Assembly: GCA_011176635.1 (NCBI GenBank)
Contig: DUEC01000001.1
Location: 1-43,040 of the forward strand
Direction of reading: 5' to 3'
Source of the DNA: Dehalococcoidia bacterium
Lineage (GTDB): Bacteria > Chloroflexota > Dehalococcoidia > Dehalococcoidales > BS750m-G39
DNA: 43,040 bases
This document shows positions 28,072-37,082 of the stretch, piece after piece; position 1 is the stretch's first letter, and every line of letters begins with the position of its first letter. A program made the position numbers and the translations under genes. The notes under the pieces were generated by a model. The model saw only the letters and a program-made list of their open reading frames with translations. It was not told the DNA's origin and made no database searches.

Positions 28072-28368
28072 ATGTCTAGTCAAAAATTAAGCGCCATACC
28101 TAATGTGGTTACACCGAATGCCCCGGTGATTTTTAATCCTGATATCTGCAACGGGTGCAACATCTGTGTAGAGGTCTGCCAGATAGACGTATTCATACCC
28201 AATCCAGAGAAAGGCAAACCACCTATCATATTGCATCCCGATGAATGCTGGTATGGCGGCTGCTGTGTTAATGATTGTCCCCGACCCGGGGCTATCACCT
28301 TCAACTGGCCGCTTCAACAGCGAGGGTACTGGAAGAACAAAGCCACCGGGGAAATCCATCAAATCTAG
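28072..28368 (+). CDS. AprB-like dicluster ferredoxin, copy 2
   Basis: CNGCNICVEVC, PNPEKGKPPI and HPDECWYGGCCVNDCP; GGAGG RBS. Confidence 0.85.
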   Translation: MSSQKLSAIPNVVTPNAPVIFNPDICNGCNICVEVCQIDVFIPNPEKGKPPIILHPDECWYGGCCVNDCPRPGAITFNWPLQQRGYWKNKATGEIHQI

Positions 28369-28753
28369 CCGCCTAGAATTCGGATGTATCGCCAGCGGGA
28401 AGGACGATAACCGGTATTAGAAACCCATATTCCCGGTTTGGCATGAAGAACTCGGGGCTAGATGGTAAGCCAGCATATCCATTATTGAACAATCTGAGTG
28501 ATTGTTGCAACAAACCGCACATTCAGGACAACGTCATCCCGGCAAACAGACAGGTAGTGGCTTAACCTGCTTACCATTAACACTATTTCAAGCTGTAACC
28601 TTTTACAGGTTAAGAGCAAGTCTTACAACCAGTGCTAGTATTTACTTAGTGGTCCGACTTGGGGAAGGCGCACCACAACGGTAATGGTATTACCACCGAT
28701 TGGCTAACTCTTATACTGAATGAGGCATCGATATTACGCATAATTTGACTCCG

Positions 28754-29092
28754 CTACATGCCATTGTGCCATGGGGGTTCTGGCTTATTGTATCGGTATC
28801 TACTGTAATCCTTCAAGAAGAAACGTGAAAAATTGTCTTTTATAGCTTGTTCCAAACGGTCAGCAATTCTTGGGCATGCTGTTTCAAAAAACGTCTTTTC
28901 GACCGGTTGAATGTTACTCCTTTCCTAGTTCTCCATGTCTTTCATAAAGCTGCTAAACACAAGATAATTCTGTAACAAAGCCCTTGCTGAATCTCGGCCT
29001 AGCTTTTGTTTTTCAACCTTTCTGATTCGTTTGAGTGCCTCAACAACACTTTGACCCACGTTGGTGGAGGGGAGCACATTCTCGAGGTACGG
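28754..29092 (-). pseudogene. Remnants of two adjacent AT-rich cargo genes
   Basis: An open frame YLENVLPSTNVGQSVVEALKRIRKVEKQKLGRDSARALLQNYLVFSSFMKDMEN* ends at 28925. It is followed by an AAAGGAG RBS and an ATT-initiated frame QPVEKTFFETACPRIADRLEQAIKDNFSRFFLK... at 28912-28754. Confidence 0.4.
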
Positions 29093-29178
29093 TAGCCTTG
29101 GATCAGGTTATCAAGGCGGGTGGCCCGGCTCTTAAATTCAACTATCTGGTTAACTTCTTCTTGAATATTGGCTGTCAT
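29089..29178 (-). mobile_element. Truncated N-terminus of a probable tRNA-targeting tyrosine integrase
   Basis: GGAGG RBS plus MTANIQEEVNQIVEFKSRATRLDNLIQGYR, about 100 nt downstream of the tRNA-Arg 3' end. It resembles the L..LI.GY start of integrase N-terminal domains as I recall them; no catalytic domain remains. Confidence 0.5.
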
Positions 29179-29280
29179 TTTAATCCTCCGTTTTTGCCGA
29201 AGCAGCGGGTCTTTTAACAAAAAATCCCGGGATTTTGCCCAGGACCCGGAGGTTAAGACAGCCTCAATTTATAGCTGGAG

Positions 29281-29357
29281 TGGAGTCCCTGGTGGGATTC
29301 GAACCCACGACCCGCTGCTTAGAAGGCAGCCGCTCTGTCCAACTGAGCTACAGGGAC
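29281..29357 (-). tRNA. tRNA-Arg(TCT)
   Basis: Acceptor GTCCCTG/CAGGGAC, anticodon arm GCTGC-CTTCTAA-GCAGC, A20, T loop TTCGAAT, discriminator U, encoded CCA. Confidence 0.96.
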
Positions 29358-29409
29358 AAGCTTATCATTCAAATTTAGCACGGGGCGCCGGGCAAGGTCA
29401 AGACAGCCT

Positions 29410-29877
29410 TTATTCAAGCCTGAAGACAGTCCAGCCGAGAACAGTGGCGCAGGTCACCACTATTCCGGCAATAATTACCCCGATAACAATAGATAGCATA
29501 GCATGCTTGAACCTCAAGCCGAGGAGAACCGCCGCCAGCGCCCCCGTCCAGGCACCGGTGAAGGGTAGGGGAACAGCCACAAACAGGGCCAGCCCGATGC
29601 GCTCATACCTCTCGATGACTCTGCCCCGCCTCCTGGTGCGTTCAAAAAGCCACTCCAAAAACCGCTTTAAAAAACCCACCCTGCTTAAAAAACGGGTAAT
29701 GGCATCAAGGAAGAGCAGGATAAAGGGTACCGGCAGCAGATTGCCGATGACAGCCAGCAGCAGGGCGTAATGCCAGGGGAAGTCATACTGAATGATAGCC
29801 ACCGGTATGGCGGCGCGAAGTTCCGCTATCGGAGAAGCGGCAATGCCCAGTACTACCAGTATATTATAAATATCCAA
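29410..29877 (-). CDS. Small multidrug export-like membrane protein (COG2426)
   Basis: P.AELRAAIP, GNLLPVPFI and FVAVPLPFTGAWTG; AGGAG RBS with TTG start. Confidence 0.88.
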   Translation of the reverse strand: MDIYNILVVLGIAASPIAELRAAIPVAIIQYDFPWHYALLLAVIGNLLPVPFILLFLDAITRFLSRVGFLKRFLEWLFERTRRRGRVIERYERIGLALFVAVPLPFTGAWTGALAAVLLGLRFKHAMLSIVIGVIIAGIVVTCATVLGWTVFRLE

Positions 29878-30021
29878 ACCGAGAAGCTCCTAAAAAAGTA
29901 GCTCTATACTAGAAACCATATTTACATAATGTAACCTATAGACAATGCCAGCGTCAAGCCAGATTGCTAGTTTTTGGCTACTTCTTCGAGCCCTCGTTGG
30001 GCATAGCCAAGCTGTGTCTTG

Positions 30022-30049
30022 TTGACAACTGTAAAAAGATGTGTATAAT
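30022..30049 (+). promoter_or_regulatory. Consensus sigma70 promoter
   Basis: TTGACA-N16-TATAAT upstream of ORF 30147. Confidence 0.7.
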
Positions 30050-30146
30050 TGCTATAGCCAAAAGGGCTTGGGTTTGGAGCAGGACGCTGGACAGAAGACA
30101 TATCTATGCTCCAATGGACATAAACAAAACGCTTTAGAGCGCATCG

Positions 30147-30908
30147 ATGAAACGGCACTCTGGAACTGAACGCTCGCTCGCCATGTCCTACCTCGGTCTG
30201 CGCCGGGCGATAGGACTCATCGGGGTCTTCCTGCCCTTTGTCCTGGTGGTAGGGAAGATTATCATTGAAGGCCCCGGCATGGAGGGCTCCATCAGCGCCT
30301 ATTACTATACGGTGATGCGCGGCGTCTTGGTGGGCAGTCTATGTGCGATTGGAGTATTCCTATTATCGTATAGATACCAGAAACACGACATCATTGCCGC
30401 CGTCCTCGCCGGCATTTTCGCCATCGGCGTCGCTCTTTTCCCGACTACGCCCTCTGTAGCCCCCACCCCCACAGACGAGGCAATCGGCGTAGTGCATGCT
30501 GTTTGCGCGGGCCTTTTCTTCCTGACGCTGGCATATATGTCCATCTTCCTGTTTACCAGAACCTATCCCTCCAAAATGCGGAGCCTCCGTAAGCCGCTGG
30601 AGTACCTCTCCCTCCTGGTAGCTACCAGAACCGTTTCCGGAAAACCACTGGAGCCCCGTAAGAAATGGAGAAACGTCATCTACAGGGTCTGCGGGTACGC
30701 GATTGTGCTCTGCGTAGTCCTCATCGGGATTGTGGCCATACCGTCTATTAACAACCTCGTTAAGCACCTGCATCCGGTTTTCTGGTTGGAGTCTATCGCC
30801 ATATTGGCCTTCGGTTTTTCCTGGCTGATAAAGGGAGATACGATTCTCAAAGACCGGAAACGCGGGAGGAAATCTGGCCTGCCCGCCACGGCACAGGTCA
30901 GGCCCTAG
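30147..30908 (+). CDS. Membrane protein, DUF998-like
   Basis: SYLGLRRAIG, SISAYYYT, VALFPT, H...A.LFF and LE..AI.AFG.SWLIKG; multiple TM helices. Confidence 0.7.
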   Translation: MKRHSGTERSLAMSYLGLRRAIGLIGVFLPFVLVVGKIIIEGPGMEGSISAYYYTVMRGVLVGSLCAIGVFLLSYRYQKHDIIAAVLAGIFAIGVALFPTTPSVAPTPTDEAIGVVHAVCAGLFFLTLAYMSIFLFTRTYPSKMRSLRKPLEYLSLLVATRTVSGKPLEPRKKWRNVIYRVCGYAIVLCVVLIGIVAIPSINNLVKHLHPVFWLESIAILAFGFSWLIKGDTILKDRKRGRKSGLPATAQVRP

Positions 30909-31064
30909 CCGACCCCCTTGCCGATAAAAGGCTTTGGTGCGCTTGAATCCCTGCCCGACGGGAACAATACAGCCTCTAAAGACTACTCAAGTTAGTTGCG
31001 GAAAACTGGACAAAATGCTAGTATGAGGTTGATTTCCCCAATCCGGTCCAAGCAGGTAACAGCG

Positions 31065-32918
31065 CTGAAACTATTAGATAGAATAGATAGCCCCGCCGAC
31101 CTGAAAAAGCTGAAGAAACGGGAACTCAAGCAGCTAGCCGCTGAGATAAGGCAGGAGCTGGTGGCCAGGGTAACTTCTAACGGAGGTCATCTGGCTTCCA
31201 ATCTGGGGGCGGTTGAGCTTACCATAGCCTTACACCGCGTATTTGATAGCCCGCGGGACAAGATTGTCTGGGATGTGGGCCATCAGAGCTATGTCCACAA
31301 ACTGCTCACCGGCCGAAGAAAGCGCTTTGCCTCTCTGCGCCAGTATGGTGGAATATCCGGTTTTACCAGCCGCAGTGAGAGCGAGCATGACCCCTTTGGC
31401 GCCGGCCATGCCAGTACCTCTGTTTCTGCCGCCCTCGGTATGGCTATCGCCCGCGACCTTGCCGGCGACGACTACCATGTAGTTGCTATTATCGGTGACG
31501 GGGCTATAACCGGAGGCATGGCCCTGGAGGCAATGAACCAGGCGGGACACCTGGGCTCCAGAATGTGCGTGGTTCTAAATGATAACGGGATGTCGATTTC
31601 ACCTACCGTTGGCGGTATAGCCAAACTGCTTAACCGGGTGCGGCTTGACTACCGTTACCAGTGGGCAGAAAAAAGGGGCGAACGGCTAATAGACGCTCTC
31701 CCCCTGGGTAAAAAGCTAGTGCAATTTGGCCAGTGGCTCCGGAGGGGATTCAAGGGACTGGTTATGCCCACCGTGCTCTGGGAAGAGCTCGGCCTCACCT
31801 ATATCGGCCCCATCGATGGGCACGATATTAGCGCTCTGGAGACAGCCCTTGCCCAAGCACGGGCCTACTCCAAACCGACCTTCGTTCATATTATCACCAC
31901 CAAGGGCAAAGGTTACCAGCCAGCCGAGGGTGACGCCGTCTACTTTCACGGCGTGCCCGTCAAGAGCGCCAGCACCAGGGTAGTGCCAAGCTACAGCGAG
32001 GTATTTGCCCAGACGGTGCTCAGGCTGGCCCGTGAAGAGCCCAGGCTGGTGGCAATCACCCCGGCTATGCCTGAGGGAAACTTTCTGAGCACGGTTGAGG
32101 CTGAGTTCCCGCAGCGGGTCTTTGATGTCGGCATTTGCGAGCAGCATGCGGTTACCTTTGCCGCCGGACTGGCGACACAGGGTTTCATACCTATCGTGGC
32201 CATTTATTCCACCTTCCTGCAGCGCGCTTTCGACCAGATAATACACGATGTCTGCCTCCAGGACCTGCCGGTTATCTTTGCCATCGACCGCAGCGGCATA
32301 GTCGGCGAAGACGGCAAGACGCACCAGGGGACCTTTGATATCTCCTACCTGAAATTTATTCCCAACCTGATAGTAGCCGCCCCCAAGGATGAGAACGAGC
32401 TCCAGCACCTGCTCTACACCGCTGTGAAGTCGAAGCACCCCATGGCGATACGATACCCCCGGGGCTCCGGGCTTGGCATAGAAATAGAGCCGGTGCTACA
32501 CGAGATTCCCATAGGCAAGGGGGAAATAATAAGGCAGGGCAAAGACGTCGCCATATTAGCCATAGGCACTATGGTGGCTCCGGCTGTTGAGGCCGCCCGG
32601 GAGCTGGCTTCAAGAGGGATTGAGGCGACGGTGGTCAACGCCCGTTTTGCCAAGCCGCTGGACGCTGAGCTTATAACCGACCTGGCCAGGCGTATTAAAC
32701 GCCTGGTTACCATTGAGGAAAACGCCCTCAGCGGCGGCTTCGGCAGTAGCGTCGTCGACCTTCTTCAGGAATCAGGCATCAACGATATTCGCCTAAAGAG
32801 CATCGGCATCCCCGATGAGTTCGTGGAGCAGGGCGCTCAAGCCGTTCTCCGTGCCAAGTACGGTCTCGACGCCCAAGGGATAGCTAAGCAGGCCTTAGAG
32901 TTATTCCCCGGCCACTAG
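31065..32918 (+). CDS. dxs: 1-deoxy-D-xylulose-5-phosphate synthase
   Basis: GGHLASNLG, WDVGHQSY.HK, GDGA.TGGMA.EA.N and DG.THQG. Start uncertain: CTG 31065 is preferred over ATG 31023 and TTG 30996. Confidence 0.95.
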   Translation: MKLLDRIDSPADLKKLKKRELKQLAAEIRQELVARVTSNGGHLASNLGAVELTIALHRVFDSPRDKIVWDVGHQSYVHKLLTGRRKRFASLRQYGGISGFTSRSESEHDPFGAGHASTSVSAALGMAIARDLAGDDYHVVAIIGDGAITGGMALEAMNQAGHLGSRMCVVLNDNGMSISPTVGGIAKLLNRVRLDYRYQWAEKRGERLIDALPLGKKLVQFGQWLRRGFKGLVMPTVLWEELGLTYIGPIDGHDISALETALAQARAYSKPTFVHIITTKGKGYQPAEGDAVYFHGVPVKSASTRVVPSYSEVFAQTVLRLAREEPRLVAITPAMPEGNFLSTVEAEFPQRVFDVGICEQHAVTFAAGLATQGFIPIVAIYSTFLQRAFDQIIHDVCLQDLPVIFAIDRSGIVGEDGKTHQGTFDISYLKFIPNLIVAAPKDENELQHLLYTAVKSKHPMAIRYPRGSGLGIEIEPVLHEIPIGKGEIIRQGKDVAILAIGTMVAPAVEAARELASRGIEATVVNARFAKPLDAELITDLARRIKRLVTIEENALSGGFGSSVVDLLQESGINDIRLKSIGIPDEFVEQGAQAVLRAKYGLDAQGIAKQALELFPGH

Positions 32919-32982
32919 CCTAGCAATATCAGGTGCCAGCTTAAACGCCTGATTCTTGTTTTAAGATATACAGGGAGGAGGA

Positions 32983-34182
32983 GTGAATAAGCTGACCATC
33001 AGAGATATAGATGTTAGCGGCAAGAGAGTCCTGGTGAGGACTGACTTCAATGTCCCCTTGGATGAAAAGACCGGGGCCATCAACGATGACAGCCGTATCC
33101 GGGCAACCCTGCCTACCATCAAGTATCTTATCGGTCGGAGGGCCAGGGTTATTCTGTGCTCACATCTGGGCCGACCCAAGGGGAGGGTAGTAGCCAAACT
33201 AAGCCTGACCGTGGTCGCCCGGCGCCTTTCGCAGATTCTAGGGCAGACGGTGAAGGTTGCCAGCGATAGCCTCGGCGCCGAGGTTAAGCAGGCGGTGGAA
33301 GGTTTAAAGCCGGGTGACGTCATCCTCCTGGAAAACATCCGCTTTCACCCCGAGGAGGAGGCCAACGATGACTCTTTTGCCAGAGACCTGGCCCGCCTAG
33401 CCGATATCTACGTAAACGACGCCTTCGGCGCCAGTCACCGCTCCCATGCCTCTATAGTAGGCGTAGCCAATTACCTGCCGGCGGTGGCTGGCTTACTGGT
33501 AGAGAGGGAAATCAGTGTCCTGGAGGGTATTCTAGCCCACCCCCGTCACCCCTTCGCCGAGCTTGCCGGCGGCGCCAAGGTAAGCGATAAGCTGGGCATA
33601 ATGGCCAACACCATAGACAAGGTGGACTGCCTGCTGATTGGCGGCAGTATGGCGGCCACTTTCTTAAAGGCTAAATCCTATCAGGTAGGTACATCACTGG
33701 TAGAAAATGATAAAATAGAGCTGGCCACCGAGCTGATGAAAGAGGCAGACCAAAGAGGGGTTCGTTTGATGCTGCCGGTTGACGTGGTTGTTACCCCTGA
33801 AGTGACTGCCAAAGCCGAAGCCAAGGTAGTATCAATAGAGGAGATACCGCCGGAATGGGAAATTGCCGATATTGGTCCTCAGACTATCAAAGACTTCTCC
33901 GAGGAATTAAAGCGCTGCCGGACAATCTTCTGGAACGGGCCCATGGGCATATATGAGATAGCCCAATTTGCTAAAGGAACTCAAGCCATGGCCAGGCTTT
34001 TAGCCGGGCTCAAGGCTACCACTATCATTGGGGGAGGCTCATCGGCTGAGGTAATAACCGAGATGAAGCTGGCTGATAAGATGACCTTTGTCTCCACCGG
34101 CGGTGGGGCTTCGCTCCGTTTTTTAAGCGGCCAAAAGCTGCCCGGTGTGGAGGTATTGCTTAAGCAGGGAGGTTTGACATAA
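32983..34182 (+). CDS. pgk: Phosphoglycerate kinase
   Basis: RTDFNVP, SHLGRP, LLENIRF, GGAKVSDK and STGGGASL. Confidence 0.97.
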   Translation: MNKLTIRDIDVSGKRVLVRTDFNVPLDEKTGAINDDSRIRATLPTIKYLIGRRARVILCSHLGRPKGRVVAKLSLTVVARRLSQILGQTVKVASDSLGAEVKQAVEGLKPGDVILLENIRFHPEEEANDDSFARDLARLADIYVNDAFGASHRSHASIVGVANYLPAVAGLLVEREISVLEGILAHPRHPFAELAGGAKVSDKLGIMANTIDKVDCLLIGGSMAATFLKAKSYQVGTSLVENDKIELATELMKEADQRGVRLMLPVDVVVTPEVTAKAEAKVVSIEEIPPEWEIADIGPQTIKDFSEELKRCRTIFWNGPMGIYEIAQFAKGTQAMARLLAGLKATTIIGGGSSAEVITEMKLADKMTFVSTGGGASLRFLSGQKLPGVEVLLKQGGLT

Positions 34183-35387
34183 TGGATAGTCTAGAGCTAA
34201 TCAAGGGAATTTCCCGACCTTCCCCGAGCAAGATTGTTTTGGTGGTTATTGACGGCCTGGGCGGACTGCCTAGCCCCGAAACGGGCCAGACGGAGCTGGA
34301 GACGGCTAAAACGCCCAATCTTGACCAGCTAGCCAGTCAGGGTATATGCGGCCTTATCGACCCGGTGGGGCCGGGAATAACCCCGGGCAGTGCCCCGGGG
34401 CACCTGGCCCTATTCGGCTACGACCCTTTCAAGTTCGACATTGGGCGCGGGGTGCTGGAGGCAGTGGGCATTGATTTTGACTTAAATCCGGGAGATATAG
34501 CCGCCCGCGGCAACTTCTGCACTATAGACGAGGCCGGGCTGGTCACCGACCGCCGGGCAGGGCGCATCTCCAACGAGAAGTGCGCCGAGCTGTGCCAGCT
34601 GCTGGACGGAATGGTCATAGATGGGGTTAAGCTTTTTGTCCGCCCTGTCAGGGAGCACCGCTTTGTCACCGTCTTCCGGGGCAAGGGACTGCTTTCCGAG
34701 GTCAGCGATTTTGACCCCCAGCAGACAGGAGCCGCACCAAAAGTGGTTAGCGCCCTGAAGCCGCAGGCTAATACCATGGCGGCTATCGCCAATAAGTTCC
34801 TGGCCCGGGCCAAAATAGCCCTGGCCGAGCACCACCCAGCCAATATGGTGCTCCTGCGCGGCTTCTCCCAGCAGCCGCACCTCCCCACCATGGCCGAGGT
34901 CTATAAACTAAAACCGGCGGCTATCGCCGTTTATCCCATGTATCGCGGGCTAGCCAAACTGGTCGGGATGGAAGTCCTGGAGACCGGCACCACTATTGCC
35001 GAGGAGCTGGCTACCCTAAAACAGAGCTACGCCGATTACGACTTCTTCTTCCTGCACATAAAGGGAACTGATTCCGCCGGCGAAGACGGCGACTTTGAGG
35101 GCAAGGTCAGGATTATAGAAGAGGTCGATAAGGCTCTTCCCAACCTGACCAGCCTCAATCCGGAGGTCGTTGTAATTACTGGCGACCATTCAACACCGGC
35201 TTTGCTCAAAGGGCATAGCTGGCACCCCCTGCCAGTCATTATATACTCACAGTGGTGCCGCCCCGATAGGGTAAACGAATTTTCCGAACAGGCCTGCATC
35301 TCGGGCGGGCTGGGCAGGTTTGCCGCCACCCAGATTATGCCCTTAGCCATGGCTAACGCTCTGAAGCTTAACAAATTCGGCGCTTAA
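34182..35387 (+). CDS. apgM: 2,3-bisphosphoglycerate-independent phosphoglycerate mutase (ApgM type)
   Basis: DGLGG, AKTPNLD, PGS..GHL..FGYDP and TGDHSTP. Confidence 0.92.
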   Translation: MDSLELIKGISRPSPSKIVLVVIDGLGGLPSPETGQTELETAKTPNLDQLASQGICGLIDPVGPGITPGSAPGHLALFGYDPFKFDIGRGVLEAVGIDFDLNPGDIAARGNFCTIDEAGLVTDRRAGRISNEKCAELCQLLDGMVIDGVKLFVRPVREHRFVTVFRGKGLLSEVSDFDPQQTGAAPKVVSALKPQANTMAAIANKFLARAKIALAEHHPANMVLLRGFSQQPHLPTMAEVYKLKPAAIAVYPMYRGLAKLVGMEVLETGTTIAEELATLKQSYADYDFFFLHIKGTDSAGEDGDFEGKVRIIEEVDKALPNLTSLNPEVVVITGDHSTPALLKGHSWHPLPVIIYSQWCRPDRVNEFSEQACISGGLGRFAATQIMPLAMANALKLNKFGA

Positions 35388-35397
35388 GGGGGTTAAA

Positions 35398-36153
35398 ATG
35401 CGCATCCCTTTGATTGCGGGTAACTGGAAAATGAACACCACCCTAAGCGAAGCTATAGAGCTGGTCAGCCAGATGCGCCCGGAGCTGGAAAAGATAGGCA
35501 ACGTGGACAGGGTAATATGTCCGCCCTTCGTTTCCTTAGCCGCCCTAAAGGAGCTGCTCGAGGGAAGCTCGATAAAACTGGGGGCGCAGAACCTGTACTT
35601 TGAGACCAGGGGGGCTTATACCGGAGAGATTTCACCGCTGATGCTGGCCGACCTCTGCGACTACGTCATTATCGGCCACTCCGAGCGCCGTCAGTACTTT
35701 AATGAGAGCGGAGAATTGATAAACAAGAAGGTCAAGGCGGCGCTGAAGGTGGGGCTAACCCCAGTTCTATGTATCGGAGAAGGATTAGCCGAAAACGAGG
35801 CCGGAAAGACTGAGGCGGTGCTGGCCGCACAGCTGGACTCGTCCTCGGAGCGGGAATATTACTCCGGCGGCCTGGTCTTAGCCTATGAGCCGGTCTGGGC
35901 TATCGGCACCGGCAAAGCCGCCAGCGGCGAGCAAGCCAATGAGACCATCGGCTTTATCCGCCAGCATATCTCCCGCCAGCACGGCCAGGGGACTGCTCAG
36001 CAGGTGCGCATCCTCTACGGCGGCAGTGTAACCGCCGATAATATCGCCGAGTTCATAAACCAGCCCGAGATAGACGGCGCCCTCGTCGGTGGAGCCAGCC
36101 TCAAAGCCGGCGATTTTTTGAGTATAGTGAAGCAGACCTCGGAGGTTAAGTAG
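35398..36153 (+). CDS. tpiA: Triosephosphate isomerase
   Basis: AGNWKMN, GHSERR, AYEPVWAIGTG, YGGSV and LVGGASL. Confidence 0.97.
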   Translation: MRIPLIAGNWKMNTTLSEAIELVSQMRPELEKIGNVDRVICPPFVSLAALKELLEGSSIKLGAQNLYFETRGAYTGEISPLMLADLCDYVIIGHSERRQYFNESGELINKKVKAALKVGLTPVLCIGEGLAENEAGKTEAVLAAQLDSSSEREYYSGGLVLAYEPVWAIGTGKAASGEQANETIGFIRQHISRQHGQGTAQQVRILYGGSVTADNIAEFINQPEIDGALVGGASLKAGDFLSIVKQTSEVK

Positions 36154-36158
36154 AAAAG

Positions 36159-37082
36159 ATGAACAAACTACTGGCTATAGTCGGTCCTACCGGCGTAGGC
36201 AAGAGCCGGATGGCTATCCAACTGGCCCAGGCGCTGGGCGGGGAGATAGTCAGTGCCGACAGCCGGCAGATTTACCGCTATATGGATATCGGCACGGCCA
36301 AGCCCACCCCCCAGGAGCGAGCCCTTGCCCCCCATCACCTCATCGATATCGCCAGCCCCAACGAAAACTTCAGCCTGGCCCAATACCAGCAGCTAGCCTT
36401 GAAAGCCATTGAGGACATCCAGCAGCGGGAGAAGCTGCCCATAGTGGTGGGTGGGAGCGGGCAGTATGTCTGGGCGGTGATGGAGGGGTGGGGAATACCG
36501 CAGGTAGCCCCTGACCCCGAATTCAGGCAGAGCCTGGAGGATAGGGCGGCCGGGGGAGGGGAGAATGAGCTCTACGACGAGCTCGCCAGCGTCGACCCGG
36601 AGGCGGCGCAGAGGATTGACCCCCGCAACGTGCGCCGCACCATAAGGGCGCTTGAGGTCTATAACGAGACGGAGACCCCCTTCTCCCAGCTTAAGGACAA
36701 AGTGGCGCCGCCGTTTAAGACCTTAATAATAGGTCTGACCGTAGACAGGGAGGAGCTGTACCGCCGCATCGACTTGAGGGTGGACGCGATGATAGAGATG
36801 GGCCTGGTTGACGAGGTTAAGCGGCTGATAAGCCGGGGCTTTGACTTCAATACGCCAGCCATGTCCAGCATTGGTTACCGGCAGATTGGGCTCTTCCTCA
36901 GCGGTGAGCTGACTATGCCCGCCGCCGTCCAGCAAATCAAGTTTGAGACCCACCGTCTCGCCCGCCAGCAATATACCTGGTTTCAGTTGCAAGACCCCAG
37001 AATAAAGTGGTTTGATATACTAAAGGCCTCGGATTATGAGATTATGGGACCTCTTAACAGGTTTCTGAAGAGCAGTCATTGA
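36159..37082 (+). CDS. miaA: tRNA dimethylallyltransferase
   Basis: GPTGVGKS, SADSRQIY..MDIGTAKP and RQ.TWF. Confidence 0.96.
   Translation: MNKLLAIVGPTGVGKSRMAIQLAQALGGEIVSADSRQIYRYMDIGTAKPTPQERALAPHHLIDIASPNENFSLAQYQQLALKAIEDIQQREKLPIVVGGSGQYVWAVMEGWGIPQVAPDPEFRQSLEDRAAGGGENELYDELASVDPEAAQRIDPRNVRRTIRALEVYNETETPFSQLKDKVAPPFKTLIIGLTVDREELYRRIDLRVDAMIEMGLVDEVKRLISRGFDFNTPAMSSIGYRQIGLFLSGELTMPAAVQQIKFETHRLARQQYTWFQLQDPRIKWFDILKASDYEIMGPLNRFLKSSH

Noticed and set aside
16100-28368. Calling the flavoprotein/ferredoxin pairs aprAB (sulfate reduction) or sdhA/frdA
   Set aside because: The AprA and Sdh/Frd signature motifs are absent, and no sat, qmo, dsr or anchor subunits are in the window.
28415-28485. 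YSRFGMKNS peptide resembling the YFRVGMKNP tail of ferredoxin copy 1
   Set aside because: Too short and not joined to the ferredoxin copy 2 frame; could be chance.
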